Notes: generated by a model from the sequence alone, not told the origin. A stretch of DNA of 64,000 nt from an uncultured Thermoplasmata archaeon (GCA_963730815.1 CAVSTD010000008.1:400693-464692), one strand, 5' to 3'. Shown: positions 26,234 to 36,433, counted from the stretch's first letter. Made by a program: numbers and translations.

Positions 26234-27553
26234 CTACGCTTCGGGGCCGAGCGGAGCGAGGTGGCGACGCGCGGAGGGGGTCGGATGATACACCCCGGTC
26301 CGCAGGGTGGGGGGCTTGCGAACCCGCTGGGCCGCTTCGGGTGGATATCGGCGGTGACATCGCGGGCATCGGTACCCGCGAACGGTGCCCATCGACCGGG
26401 TCGGCCGGTGACACTCGGTGCAGGAAGGCGGTGAGGGAGCGCTCCAGCGAGGAACGAGAGAAACGACACGAAGGCCTTCCATCTTGAGCACCGGGCTCGA
26501 GTCCCGACTTCCCCAAATGACGACCCGGTCTCCCGGCGAGAGGGCTCGGACGACCGCGGGAAGGGTCTTCGTGGGCTCGAAGGCGACCGTTTCGAGAGCG
26601 GTGCCTTCGGAGTCCTCGATTCGAAGACGCACGTGGCCCCCGTGGAGAACCCGCGGTTCCCCGAGGACGCGGCCCGAGACTCGGCCGGACTCGAACGGAC
26701 CGACTTCCCGTGCGAGCCGGCTGCGGAGATGATCACCGGTGCCTTGATTCGTACGGTAGAGAACCCACCGGTCCACGGGTTCGGAGATCACGCCGCTCCG
26801 AGCTTGGAGCGGTGACTCCGAGTCGGTCGCCCGGAGCCCGAACAGGATGGGGCAGGGCGTATGGGGCGTGACGAGCAAGCGCCGGGTCCGTGGGTCGTGG
26901 CTGAGGAACAGCCGAGGGTGCGCCCGGGCCACCGAGCGCACGGACTCGGCATCTACCCGACGCCGGGCGCCCTCGTGAGCGAGGGGGCGGTAGGCGATCA
27001 TCTCCCACGTGACCCGTCGCCCCGGCCACGCAATCGCGGCACTGGCGCCGACGACTCCGCGCCCGTCCCCTTCGGCGTGGACGACGGCCCCGACGGAGTC
27101 GAGGTAGCGATGAATCTCCTCGACCGGAACGACTTCTCGCACGGCGCGGTAGTACATTTGCGCCGGAAGCTGGTGGCGGACGGCGACCAACGCCGGGTCG
27201 GTGTGGGCTTCTCCCAGTCGGGAGCTCTCCCGCACGCGTTCCCAGGCTCGATCGAGGAAGATGTTCTCCCGCAACGCCCGAAGCGGGCCGCCGTCCCGAT
27301 AGCTCCACAGGGGGCGGCCAGAGACCTCCCCGAGACGTCGTCGAGGACCTCGCCCGCGTCCGAATCGCGCCGAGAGCGCCGCGTTGCCGCGCGTTTTCCA
27401 CGGGATATTCGGGTTCAGCCGAACGAGGCGCGGCTCGCCGATGAGGTCGACCCCCTCCTCCCGGGCGAGCGCGAGCAGTTCCGTGAGAACCCAGGTGGTG
27501 CAGCCCCCTTCGGGGCTGTCGGTGTCATCGATTCCGAGCCAGATCGTGCTCAC
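26234..27553 (-). CDS. tiaS: tRNA(Ile2) 2-agmatinylcytidine synthetase
   Basis: MSTIWLGIDDTDSPEGGCTTWV...RLNPNIPWKTRGNAA (TiaS N-domain) and C-terminal Zn ribbon CTECHRPT..YRCPRCH. Confidence 0.85.
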   Translation of the reverse strand: MSTIWLGIDDTDSPEGGCTTWVLTELLALAREEGVDLIGEPRLVRLNPNIPWKTRGNAALSARFGRGRGPRRRLGEVSGRPLWSYRDGGPLRALRENIFLDRAWERVRESSRLGEAHTDPALVAVRHQLPAQMYYRAVREVVPVEEIHRYLDSVGAVVHAEGDGRGVVGASAAIAWPGRRVTWEMIAYRPLAHEGARRRVDAESVRSVARAHPRLFLSHDPRTRRLLVTPHTPCPILFGLRATDSESPLQARSGVISEPVDRWVLYRTNQGTGDHLRSRLAREVGPFESGRVSGRVLGEPRVLHGGHVRLRIEDSEGTALETVAFEPTKTLPAVVRALSPGDRVVIWGSRDSSPVLKMEGLRVVSLVPRWSAPSPPSCTECHRPTRSMGTVRGYRCPRCHRRYPPEAAQRVRKPPTLRTGVYHPTPSARRHLAPLGPEA

Positions 27554-27592
27554 CCCCTGCGCGCTCGCGCCGAGGGCAACCGGGCGGGGTGC

Positions 27593-28459
27593 CTACGCGA
27601 GCCCCGAAAGGAGCTTCTGGTAGGCCGCAAGGTTCGGAGCGAGCTCGATATCGGACCGCACGGGCCCGGGGCCTTCGCCGACCAGCTTGACCTCGAGACC
27701 GTCCCGCGCGGCCACCCTCGGCCGATGCATCACGCCGATGGGGATCCGCCCGGATTCGGTCGTCTCGAGGCAGAGCCGGAACATCGCCTTGCGGTCGGTC
27801 GGGTCGTAGCCCTCGAGGGTCGAGACGTCGAGGACCTTCTCGCGCCAAAGTTTGTAGGTGTCGTTGTAGGTGACGCACGGGGAAAGGTCCTCGACGAACG
27901 CGAACCCCCGGCCCTCGCGGTTGAACCGCAGCGCCTCCGTGAGGATCGCGATCATGGTCTTCGGGTCTCCCGAGAAAGTCCGGGCGATGAAGTTCGGCGC
28001 CGGTATAGAGAGCGCCGTCAGGATGGAATGGAACGGGGGTTCGACGTTCCCCTCGAACCCGATCTGGCTGGTCGGAGAGGCCTGGCCTTTGGTGAGCCCG
28101 TAGGTCTCGTTGTTCATGACGATGTAGAGGAGGGAGGCGTTCTTCTTGAACGCGTGCATGAAGTGGCCCATTCCGATCGCGTACCCATCTCCATCGCCGC
28201 CGGCGGCCACGACGGTGAGGGAGGGGTTGGCGAGCTTCACGCCGACCGCTTGGGCCAGAAGCCGGCCGTGGAGCGCATGGATCCCGTTGATCTCGAGGAA
28301 GTTGTGGATCGAGCCGGAACAACCGATCCCGCCGACGAGCACGAGCTCGTGGGTGGGGATCTTGAGCTCGGCGGCCGCCTTCTTGACCGCAGCCAGAACG
28401 CCGAAATCCCCGCAGCCCGGACACCAGATCGGAGGGACCGGCTTCGCGGACTGCACCAT
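27593..28459 (-). CDS. 2-oxoacid:ferredoxin oxidoreductase, beta subunit
   Basis: WCPGCGDFGVL, GGIGCSGS, GGDGDGYAIGMGHF (TPP-binding). Confidence 0.9.
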   Translation of the reverse strand: MVQSAKPVPPIWCPGCGDFGVLAAVKKAAAELKIPTHELVLVGGIGCSGSIHNFLEINGIHALHGRLLAQAVGVKLANPSLTVVAAGGDGDGYAIGMGHFMHAFKKNASLLYIVMNNETYGLTKGQASPTSQIGFEGNVEPPFHSILTALSIPAPNFIARTFSGDPKTMIAILTEALRFNREGRGFAFVEDLSPCVTYNDTYKLWREKVLDVSTLEGYDPTDRKAMFRLCLETTESGRIPIGVMHRPRVAARDGLEVKLVGEGPGPVRSDIELAPNLAAYQKLLSGLA

Positions 28460-28460
28460 C

Positions 28461-30254
28461 CTAGGCCACCTCCTTCATCGCGGAGACGATCTCGGGGGCG
28501 CGGAACGTGAACCCGTCGTACTTCACGACCGGCCGGAGCTTCGCGTGGTGCCAGGGCATTGTCTCCCGGAGGAGTCGGGAGAATTGGCCCGTGTAATTGT
28601 GCTCGACCACGTAGACGACGTCGACCGATTTCAAGAACGGGTCGATCTCATGCACCGGCACCGGGTAGAGCGTACGGGCCTGGAGATAACGAGTCGCTAC
28701 GCCGCGATGCTGGAGAAGGCCCTGGGCTTCGAGGATCGGCCCCGAGGTGCTTCCAAATCCGATGATCCCGACCTTGGCGTCGGGAGGTCCGAAGAGGCGG
28801 CAGGACGGGAGTTCCGCCCGCGCGTGGACCATCTTCTCCATTCGCTTGGTCATCATCTTGATCCGGTTCGCAGGGTTGACGGAGACGTGTCCCCACTCAT
28901 CGTGTTCGTTGCCCGTCACTTCGGACCAAACTCCCGGTGTTCCCGGAGGAGCGTAGGCGCTCCGGCCGTCCGAACTGTGCTCGTAGACTTTGTACTGGGT
29001 GAGCTTCGCGGTCGCTTCGGGGGAGAGCCGCTTTCCCCGGTCGATGCGCACCTTGGAAAGGTCGAAGCGGGCGCTCGTGGTGGTGTTCTGACAGAGCGCT
29101 TGGTCGAGGAGAAGGATCACCGGTAGGCGCCAGCGCTCCGCGAGATTCAGTGCCTCTACCGTGAGGTCGAAGCAGTCGACCGGGTCGGCGGGAGCGAGAA
29201 TGAAGCGCGGGTATTCGCCGTGGCCGAGGTTGGCCAGGTGCGAAAGGTCCGATTGCTCGTGGCGGGTCGGCTGCCCGGTCGACGGGCCGACGCGCTGGCA
29301 GTCCGCGATCACGACCGGGATCTCGGCGGTGGAGGCGTGTCCGATCCCTTCGGTCATGAGCGAGAGCCCCGGGCCGCTCGTGGAAGTCATGACCCGGGCC
29401 CCGGCGTACGCCGCCCCGATCACCATGTTGATCGCCGCGAGCTCGTCTTCGGCCTGACGGACGACACCGCCGAGCGGAGGAAGATACCGTTGAAGGTACT
29501 CCATGACCTCGGTGGCCGGAGTGATCGGATACCCCGCGAAAAACCGTCCTCCGCCGACGACAAAGCCGAGCGCGACGGCTTGATTGCCGGTCGTGAGGAT
29601 CATATCGTGAGCATCCCCGTTCGCCAGCGAGAATCGGTTTTCGACCCCGGGAGCGGAGAGTGCCACCTTCCGCCCGATCTCGAGCGCCTTCAGATTCTTC
29701 TCGAGCGCTTCGCCGCCGCGTCGCTTGAACCGCTCCTCGATCACCGAGCGGGTCAGGGCGGGGTCGAAGCCAAAGAGCACCGAGAGGGCGCCGTACGCCG
29801 CCGTGTTCTTGAAGATCGGCTGACCGAGCGGTCCTCCGACCAGGGTCGCGAACGGAAATCCGGCCGAGTGCGGATCCGCGATGTGAAAGGTGGTGGAATC
29901 GTAGATGATGAAACCGTGGGGGGCGAGCTCGGCCTTTCCCATCTCGACGGCCTCGTTGTCGAACGCGACCAAGACGTCGACATGGGACTTGACCGCGGCC
30001 ATCGGGTCCCGGCTGGCACGGACCGACGCATCGGCGTGCCCTCCTCGAATCCGGGAAAGGACGTTTCTCGAAGTGTAGACGTACAGGCCCTTCTTGCGGA
30101 AGTACCTGCCCAAGAGGTCCGAGACGGTGAGCGTCCCATCGCCTCCCTGCCCCCCGATCATCACGCTGACGTCGCTGAGCTCAAGAGGGGGCCGTGGAGC
30201 GGTGGGACCGGACTGCTCGGGAAGCGGAGTGATTTGGGCGGCCGCGGGGGACAT
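28461..30254 (-). CDS. 2-oxoacid:ferredoxin oxidoreductase, alpha (fused gamma-alpha) subunit
   Basis: IGGQGGDGTLT (gamma-type domain) followed by GNQAVALGFV..GYPITPATE (alpha). One nt separates it from the beta gene. Confidence 0.9.
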   Translation of the reverse strand: MSPAAAQITPLPEQSGPTAPRPPLELSDVSVMIGGQGGDGTLTVSDLLGRYFRKKGLYVYTSRNVLSRIRGGHADASVRASRDPMAAVKSHVDVLVAFDNEAVEMGKAELAPHGFIIYDSTTFHIADPHSAGFPFATLVGGPLGQPIFKNTAAYGALSVLFGFDPALTRSVIEERFKRRGGEALEKNLKALEIGRKVALSAPGVENRFSLANGDAHDMILTTGNQAVALGFVVGGGRFFAGYPITPATEVMEYLQRYLPPLGGVVRQAEDELAAINMVIGAAYAGARVMTSTSGPGLSLMTEGIGHASTAEIPVVIADCQRVGPSTGQPTRHEQSDLSHLANLGHGEYPRFILAPADPVDCFDLTVEALNLAERWRLPVILLLDQALCQNTTTSARFDLSKVRIDRGKRLSPEATAKLTQYKVYEHSSDGRSAYAPPGTPGVWSEVTGNEHDEWGHVSVNPANRIKMMTKRMEKMVHARAELPSCRLFGPPDAKVGIIGFGSTSGPILEAQGLLQHRGVATRYLQARTLYPVPVHEIDPFLKSVDVVYVVEHNYTGQFSRLLRETMPWHHAKLRPVVKYDGFTFRAPEIVSAMKEVA

Positions 30255-30307
30255 CGAATTCTCCAGGAACAGGTCGTCGCCGACTTGTACGCAGTTTCAG
30301 GTCAGGT

Positions 30308-30319
30308 GGCTATTTAAGT
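30308..30319 (+). promoter_or_regulatory. TATA-like element GGCTATTTAAGT in divergent promoter region
   Basis: AT-rich box between the divergently transcribed OFOR-alpha (ATG 30254) and leuA-like (ATG 30407) genes. Same GGCTATTTA core as at 36423. Confidence 0.25.
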
Positions 30320-30406
30320 ACTCATCTCGCCGGAACGGGATTCCGCTTCGAACGTCGCGTTCGCGCGCCAACAAACGTTAATTCGCCGGGTCCCGTAGAA
30401 GAAAGA

Positions 30407-31654
30407 ATGGCGAAGACCCGCCTGGTGGAGAACTACCACTCCGAGACCCACCACCAGCGGCGCATCCATCCCCGGATCGAGATCTGGGACGAGACCCTCC
30501 GAGACGGTGAACAGATGCCCGGGGTCCACTTTTCACCGGGAGAAAAGCTGCGGATCGCCACCGCGCTATCGGAAATCGGGGTCGGCGTGATCAACGCGGG
30601 CATTCCCGTCGTCTCGGCCGACGAGGCCCGAGCGGTCCGGGAGGTGGCCGCGGCCGGTTTGAAAGCCAAGATCTTGGCCGCGGCGCGAACCGTTCCGTCC
30701 GACGTGGACGCCGTGATCAAGAGCGGGGTCACCCACATCGCGATCTTCGTCGCCGCCAGCCACGTCCATCTGAAGTTCAAGCTGAGGATGAGCCAGGACG
30801 AGGTCCACGCGGCGTCCGTCAAGACCGTCCGTCAGGCGAAGGAGGCCGGCCTCCACGTCGCGTTCGTGACCGAAGACACCGTCCGGGCACCGTTCGACTT
30901 TGTCGAGCGGCTCTACCGAGATGTCCAGGACGCGGGGGCGGACCGACTTGTCGTCGCGGACACCGTCGGAATCATGACGCCCCTCACATTCCGTTGGTAT
31001 CTCACCGAATTCCAACGCCGTGTGAAGCCGAAGGACCTCTCGGTCCACTGTCACAACGACTTTGGCCTCGCCACCGCGAACACCCTGACCGCCATCGAAT
31101 GTGGCGCCCGCGCGCCGCACGTCTGTGTCAACGGGATCGGGGAGCGGGCGGGCAACGCCGCGCTCGAGGAGGTGGTCCTGGGTCTCGAAACCTTGTACGG
31201 GATTCGGACGGGGATCAAGACGGAAAAGATCCATGACCTCTCTCGTCTGGTCGAGGAACTCTCCGGGGTGCCGGTCGCGGCGAACAAGGCGCTCGTCGGC
31301 TACAATGCCTTCTCTCACGAAGCCGGAATCCATACGCACGGCATCCTCGCGCACACGCTCACTTACGAACCTCTTCAGCCGGGGGCGGTCGGTCGAGTAC
31401 GAAAGATGATCCTCGGAAAGCACACCGGAAAGGCGGCGCTCGTTGAGAAGCTGAAGGAGCGCGGGATATCGGCGGCGGACCCGCTTCTCCTCGAGCTGTT
31501 GGCGCGGGTGAAGTCGGAGACCGAATCCCAGTCGAAGAGCGGGCTTCGCAAATTCCTCCATTACTATCGAGCCATGTTCGAGAGTCCGGGTCTCAGCGAC
31601 GCCGAGTTCTGGACCATTGTGGATGCGCTCGGGATTCGGCCGGTGAGTGCATGA
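30407..31654 (+). CDS. 2-isopropylmalate / homocitrate / citramalate synthase family enzyme (short form, no LeuA regulatory domain)
   Basis: IWDETLRDGEQ, HCHNDFGLATANT, NGIGERAGNA. Substrate cannot be assigned from sequence alone. Confidence 0.85.
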   Translation: MAKTRLVENYHSETHHQRRIHPRIEIWDETLRDGEQMPGVHFSPGEKLRIATALSEIGVGVINAGIPVVSADEARAVREVAAAGLKAKILAAARTVPSDVDAVIKSGVTHIAIFVAASHVHLKFKLRMSQDEVHAASVKTVRQAKEAGLHVAFVTEDTVRAPFDFVERLYRDVQDAGADRLVVADTVGIMTPLTFRWYLTEFQRRVKPKDLSVHCHNDFGLATANTLTAIECGARAPHVCVNGIGERAGNAALEEVVLGLETLYGIRTGIKTEKIHDLSRLVEELSGVPVAANKALVGYNAFSHEAGIHTHGILAHTLTYEPLQPGAVGRVRKMILGKHTGKAALVEKLKERGISAADPLLLELLARVKSETESQSKSGLRKFLHYYRAMFESPGLSDAEFWTIVDALGIRPVSA

Positions 31655-32934
31655 GCGACGCGCGCGGACACGGTGCCACTCTGGCCGAGAAAGTGTTGTC
31701 GCGGGCCTCGGGCCTCGACCACGTCGTCCCCGGTCAGATCGTGGAGGGGTCCGTCGACCTCGCGATGATGCACGAACAAGGAGCCCAGACCGTGGCCCCG
31801 TTCCATCAGATGGGCGCGGTCAAAGTCTGGGACCCGGACCGGGTCGTCATCGCCATTGACCATTGGGTACCCGCCTCCACCGAGGGAGCGGCCGTGCTCC
31901 ACCGCATCCTGCGCAAGTTCGCCGCCGAGACCGGACTCACCCACTTCTACGACGTCGGCCGGCACGGAATTTGCCACCAAATCCTCGCGGAGAACGGCTG
32001 GGTCGTACCGGGGGACTTGGCCGTAGGAACCGACTCCCACACCAACATGCTCGGCGCCATGGGGTCCGTGTCGGCGGGTATCGGACCGACCGAGATGGCC
32101 GCGGTGCTCGCGCTCGGACGACTTTGGCTCAAAGTGCCTCCGACGATCCAGGTACGGGTCCGGGGTTCGTTCGGGAAAGGGGTCACGGCGAAGGACCTGG
32201 TCCTGCGAGTTCTCGGAGAGGTGCGGACGACGGGGGCCACCTACAAGGCCGTCGAGTTCACCGGCCCGACCATTCGGGGCCTTTCGATGCCCGAGCGCTT
32301 CACGATCTGCAACATGACCACCGAGATGGGGGCGAAGACCGGGATCGTGGGGCCCGACGAGAAGACGTTCGAATATCTCGCCAAGACGGCGAAACATCCC
32401 ATGCATCCGATGACGGCGGACTCCGACGCCCAGTACGAGCGGACGATCGATATTGACGTCGACGGAATGCCGCCGATGGTCGCGTGCCCGTACTCGCCCG
32501 ACAACGTCCGGCCGCTGACCGACGTCGTTCGAGAGCATGTCAAGGTCGACCAGGTCTTCCTGGGGTCTTGCACCAACGCGCGGATCGAGGACCTTCGGGA
32601 GGGAGCCGCGCTGATGAAGGGACGGAAGGTCGCGCACGGAGTGCGGTTCATCGTCTCCCCCGCCTCGACCCCGATTTACGACCAGTGTCTGCACGAAGGA
32701 ATCATCGAGACGTTCACGGACGCCGGCGCGGTCTTCACCAATTCGAGCTGTTCCGCGTGCTTCGGGGGGAACATGGGAATCCTCGCGCCCGACGAGGTCT
32801 GTGCCTCCTCCTCGAATCGGAATTTCCCCGGCCGCATGGGGGCGAAGGAGGCCCGAATCTATCTCATGTCGCCCGCCGCGGTCGTCGCGACGGCCATCAA
32901 GGGCGAGATCGCGGACCCGCGGGAGCTCTTGTAG
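31651..32934 (+). CDS. 3-isopropylmalate dehydratase / homoaconitase large subunit
   Basis: Aconitase-family motifs DHWVPAST, GTDSHTNMLG, LGSCTNARIEDL, SSCSACFGG. ATGA overlap with the upstream gene. Confidence 0.9.
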   Translation: MSDARGHGATLAEKVLSRASGLDHVVPGQIVEGSVDLAMMHEQGAQTVAPFHQMGAVKVWDPDRVVIAIDHWVPASTEGAAVLHRILRKFAAETGLTHFYDVGRHGICHQILAENGWVVPGDLAVGTDSHTNMLGAMGSVSAGIGPTEMAAVLALGRLWLKVPPTIQVRVRGSFGKGVTAKDLVLRVLGEVRTTGATYKAVEFTGPTIRGLSMPERFTICNMTTEMGAKTGIVGPDEKTFEYLAKTAKHPMHPMTADSDAQYERTIDIDVDGMPPMVACPYSPDNVRPLTDVVREHVKVDQVFLGSCTNARIEDLREGAALMKGRKVAHGVRFIVSPASTPIYDQCLHEGIIETFTDAGAVFTNSSCSACFGGNMGILAPDEVCASSSNRNFPGRMGAKEARIYLMSPAAVVATAIKGEIADPRELL

Positions 32935-32942
32935 AGGTCCGG

Positions 32943-33467
32943 ATGAAGGACGTCATCGAAGGACGCGTCTGGACACTCGGGGCGGACGTCGACACGGACC
33001 AGATCATCTCGGGCAAGTACCTCACTATCATCGACCCCGACGAGCTCAAGAAGCACGTTTTTGAAATCGCGTTGCCGGAGTTCGCGCACGAAGCACGGGC
33101 CGGCGATATCATCGTCGCGGACGAGAATTTCGCCTGCGGTTCGAGCCGGGAACACGCCCCCCAGGCAATGCGGGCGATCGGAGTGGGCGCCGTCGTCGCC
33201 GATTCCTTCGCCCGGATCTTCTACCGGAATGCGATCAACCTGGGGATCCCCACGGTCGAGGCCCGAGGCGTACACGCGATCTTCGAAAAGGGCGATACTG
33301 CCCGCATCGAGATGACCTCGGGGCGAGTCACGAACCTTCGGACGGGCGCCAGCGTTTCGTTCCCTCCTCTTCCCCACCATCTCCTCGACCTTCTCGAAGC
33401 CGGGGGCTTGGTGGAGAAGGTCCGACGAGAGCTCGAGGCCCGGGCGGCGGGCGGGAGCCCACCGTGA
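32943..33467 (+). CDS. 3-isopropylmalate dehydratase / homoaconitase small subunit
   Basis: ATG 32943 inside ORF 32484..33467. DVDTDQIISGKYL, NFACGSSREHAPQA, FARIFYRNAINLG. Confidence 0.9.
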   Translation: MKDVIEGRVWTLGADVDTDQIISGKYLTIIDPDELKKHVFEIALPEFAHEARAGDIIVADENFACGSSREHAPQAMRAIGVGAVVADSFARIFYRNAINLGIPTVEARGVHAIFEKGDTARIEMTSGRVTNLRTGASVSFPPLPHHLLDLLEAGGLVEKVRRELEARAAGGSPP

Positions 33468-34597
33468 AGGAAGCGGGCTACGAGATCGCGGTCTACCCCG
33501 GGGACGGCACCGGGCCCGAGGTGATCCGGGAAGGATGCCGCGTGCTCGACGCGCTCGCACAGGGCGGACCCGCCCCTTGGCATTGTACCGAGTTTCCCGG
33601 CGGGGGACAGTACTTTCTGCGGACCGGACGGGAATGGGAGCCCGAGGCTAAAGCGGCCTCCCGCTCGGCGGACGCGATACTCGTCGGGGCCGTCGGATGG
33701 CCGGGGGCGACGCTGCCGAACGGCGACCTGGCCGGCCGAGCGCTGGTGCTCGGGCTCCGAGAGGGCTTGGACCTGTACGCGAACGTCCGGCCCTGCAAGC
33801 TCTACCCGGGCGTGCAGCACCGGATCAGCGGCGAGTACCGAGAGGTCTGGGCCCCCAAGAACGTCGACATGGTGATCGTTCGGGAGAACACGGAGGACCT
33901 CTACACACCGGCGCGCGGTCGTCTCCGGAGGGCGGAGGAGACCGAGGTGGCGATCGATACTCGGATCATTACCCGCAAGGGTTCGGAGCGAGTCGTCCGG
34001 TATGCCTTCGAGCTCGCGCGGGCCCGCTCGCGGGGTGCCCCCGAGGACGGGGCGCGGCGGGTGACCTGCGTCGACAAATCGAACGTCATGGAAGGATGCC
34101 GCTTCTTCCGGGAGACGTTCGATCGGGTCGGGGCGGAGTATCCCGAGATCGAGCGCGATTATGCCTACGTGGATGCGTTCGCGCAGTGGCTGGTCCGCAA
34201 TCCGGAACATTACAATGTCGTCGTCGCGACCAACATGATGGGCGACATCATCACCGACCTCGCGGCGGTCCTTCAGGGAGGGATGGGCTTCGCCTCGGGC
34301 GGCAACATCGGCACCGATCACGGGATGTTCGAACCGGTGCACGGAAGCGCTCCCAAGTACGCGGGCAAGAACCAGGTGAATCCCTTCGCGACCTTCTTCG
34401 CCGTCGAGCAGATGCTGCGCTGGCTCGCAAGCCGTCACACGGACCCACGACTCCTCGGACAGGCAGATCGTCTCGAACGGGTGCTCGCCCGGACCCTCGC
34501 GGACGGACGGACTCGAACGTATGACCAGGGCGGAACCAAAACGACGAGTGAAGCGGGCGATGCGGTCATCGCCGGGATTCGGGGGGAGGCCCGATGA
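33464..34597 (+). CDS. isopropylmalate/isocitrate dehydrogenase-family enzyme (tartrate/D-malate dehydrogenase-like)
   Basis: YPGDGTGPEV, GAVGWPG, IVRENTEDLY, ATNMMGDIITDLAA. The GAVGWP block is typical of the TtuC-like branch. GTGA overlap upstream. Confidence 0.85.
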   Translation: MKEAGYEIAVYPGDGTGPEVIREGCRVLDALAQGGPAPWHCTEFPGGGQYFLRTGREWEPEAKAASRSADAILVGAVGWPGATLPNGDLAGRALVLGLREGLDLYANVRPCKLYPGVQHRISGEYREVWAPKNVDMVIVRENTEDLYTPARGRLRRAEETEVAIDTRIITRKGSERVVRYAFELARARSRGAPEDGARRVTCVDKSNVMEGCRFFRETFDRVGAEYPEIERDYAYVDAFAQWLVRNPEHYNVVVATNMMGDIITDLAAVLQGGMGFASGGNIGTDHGMFEPVHGSAPKYAGKNQVNPFATFFAVEQMLRWLASRHTDPRLLGQADRLERVLARTLADGRTRTYDQGGTKTTSEAGDAVIAGIRGEAR

Positions 34598-35777
34598 CCG
34601 GACGCGCCGTGGCGATCGTCGGAGGGGTCACGACCAAGTTCGGGGTCCGGCCCGCCACGTGGGCCGAACTCGCGCAGGAGGTCGGCGCCGCTCTGTTCCG
34701 TTCGGTGCCCGAACTTCGGACCGAGGACGTTGATTCCCTGTTCGTCGGCGCCGCCGAGCCCGAACGGTTCGCGTTCCAATCGCACGTCGCTCCCTTCGCC
34801 GCGGAGCAGATGGGTCTCCGGCCCTACCGGATCTTGCAGCGAACCGAACTGGCCTGCGCGTCGGGCCAGTCCGCGATCCGCTCGGCGTATGCGGCGATCG
34901 CGAGCGGGCTCTCGGACGTCGCCGTCGCGGTCGGCATCGAGAAGATGAACATTCCGTCGATGGCCGAGGCGAACTCGGCGATGGGGTGCGTAATGGACCG
35001 CGCCTGGGACGGACCCCACGGGGCCACCGCTCCCCCGTTCTTCGCGATGGTGGCCCAGCGCCATATGCTCGAGCACGGCACGACCGAAGAGCAGCTGGCC
35101 GCCGTCTCCGAGAAGAACCACCGGTTCGCGAACACGAACCCCACCGCCCATTTCCACGAGAAGACATTCCCCCGCGACAAGCTTCTGCGACTCCCGATCA
35201 TCGCACCCCCGCTGCGACTCGGAGACTGCTCCTCGATGACCGACGGGGCGGCTGCGGTCGTTCTCACCTCGGAAGAGAGGGCCCGTTCCTACACCGACAC
35301 ACCCGCGTGGGTTCGGGGGAGCGGTCAATATTCGGATTTCCATAATCTTGCGAACGCCGGCTCGCTCACGGAATGGAGCGGACTCACCCGGGCGGCCCGC
35401 GAGGCGCTTGGCCGAGCCGGCATCGGAGTCGGTGACCTCGACCTTGCGGAGGTCCACGACTGCTTCTCCATCTCCGAGATCGTCGAGTACGAAGCGCTCG
35501 GGCTCTGCCCCCCGGGGAAGGAGGGAAGTTCGCCGCGGACGGGCGCGGCGACCTCGGCGGTGACCTCGTCGTGAACCCTCGCGGAGGGCTGCTCGGCTGC
35601 GGCCATCCTCTCGGCGCGACTGGGATCGCCCAGGCCGTCGAGGTCTTCCAGCAGTTCTCCTCGACCGTGCCGGCGGCCCGACAGGTCCCCGACCCCGAGT
35701 GGGCCCTCGTGCACAATCTGTCGGGGAGCGCGAACGTCCATTCGGTCATGGTCTACCAGCGAGGGGGAGCGGCGTGA
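34594..35777 (+). CDS. archaeal-type thiolase (acetyl-CoA acetyltransferase / SCP-x-like); frame-broken near the C-terminus
   Basis: ORF 34594..35574 (active-site LACASGQSAI) continues in ORF 35571..35777 (NPRGGLLGCGHPLGATG). Reading CCCCCCGGGG (35508-35517) with one extra G restores ..LCPPGEGGKFAADGRGDLGGDLVVNPRGG. Confidence 0.85.
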
Positions 35778-36319
35778 GCACTGAGGTCCGCCCCCGGCGC
35801 GCCGCGAAGGCGACCCTGGCGCCCCCGGTCGAACGCCCGACGCCGCGACCGCCGGAACCCGATTCGCCTCCGAAACCCTCGAAGACCTTCGCGAAGCGGC
35901 CGTTCCTCCTCGACTTCTTCCCTCTCGAGAGCGCCGACCAGACCCGTCTGCATCGGTTCTACGAACGTCTGCGGGCCGGACGGCTTTCCACGACTCGCTG
36001 CCCTCGGGACGGGGAACTTCTGTGGCCACCGCGGACCGCGTGTCCGAAGTGCCATCAGGAGGAGCTCGAATGGGTGGATCTTCCCGAAACCGGCCACGTC
36101 TACGCCTTCAGCGCCGTCCTCGCGGGAGCCCCACTCGGCATGGAGGACGAGGTCCCGTTCGCGGTAGGACTGGTCGACCTCGACGGGGTCCCGCTCCGCC
36201 TGTTCGGACGCATCGAGGGCCGGCCGTGGGCCGAACTGAGGATCGGCCAACCGGTCCGCGCCGAGTCCTACGACATCGGCGACGGGCGTGTGTTCTACCG
36301 GTTTCGCACCGTCGGCTAA
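35774..36319 (+). CDS. DUF35 Zn-ribbon/OB-fold protein (thiolase partner)
   Basis: GTG 35774 overlaps the thiolase stop. CPRDGELLWPPRTACPKCH rubredoxin-like knuckle, then the OB segment GHVYAFSAV...FAVGLVDLDG. Confidence 0.8.
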   Translation: MSTEVRPRRAAKATLAPPVERPTPRPPEPDSPPKPSKTFAKRPFLLDFFPLESADQTRLHRFYERLRAGRLSTTRCPRDGELLWPPRTACPKCHQEELEWVDLPETGHVYAFSAVLAGAPLGMEDEVPFAVGLVDLDGVPLRLFGRIEGRPWAELRIGQPVRAESYDIGDGRVFYRFRTVG

Positions 36320-36425
36320 CGAGGGAGTGGATTCAGCCAATTCGAGGGCCGCCCGACGGCTCTTTACGCAGCGAACAGGGCGTTCGGCGCCACTGACGGT
36401 TTTTGTGGGGTTTTCCGGCGTAGGC

Positions 36426-36433
36426 TATTTATA
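36426..36433 (+). promoter_or_regulatory. TATA box TATTTATA upstream of aglB
   Basis: GGCTATTTATACACC lies ~50 nt upstream of ATG 36480; strongest AT-rich element in the intergenic region. Confidence 0.45.
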
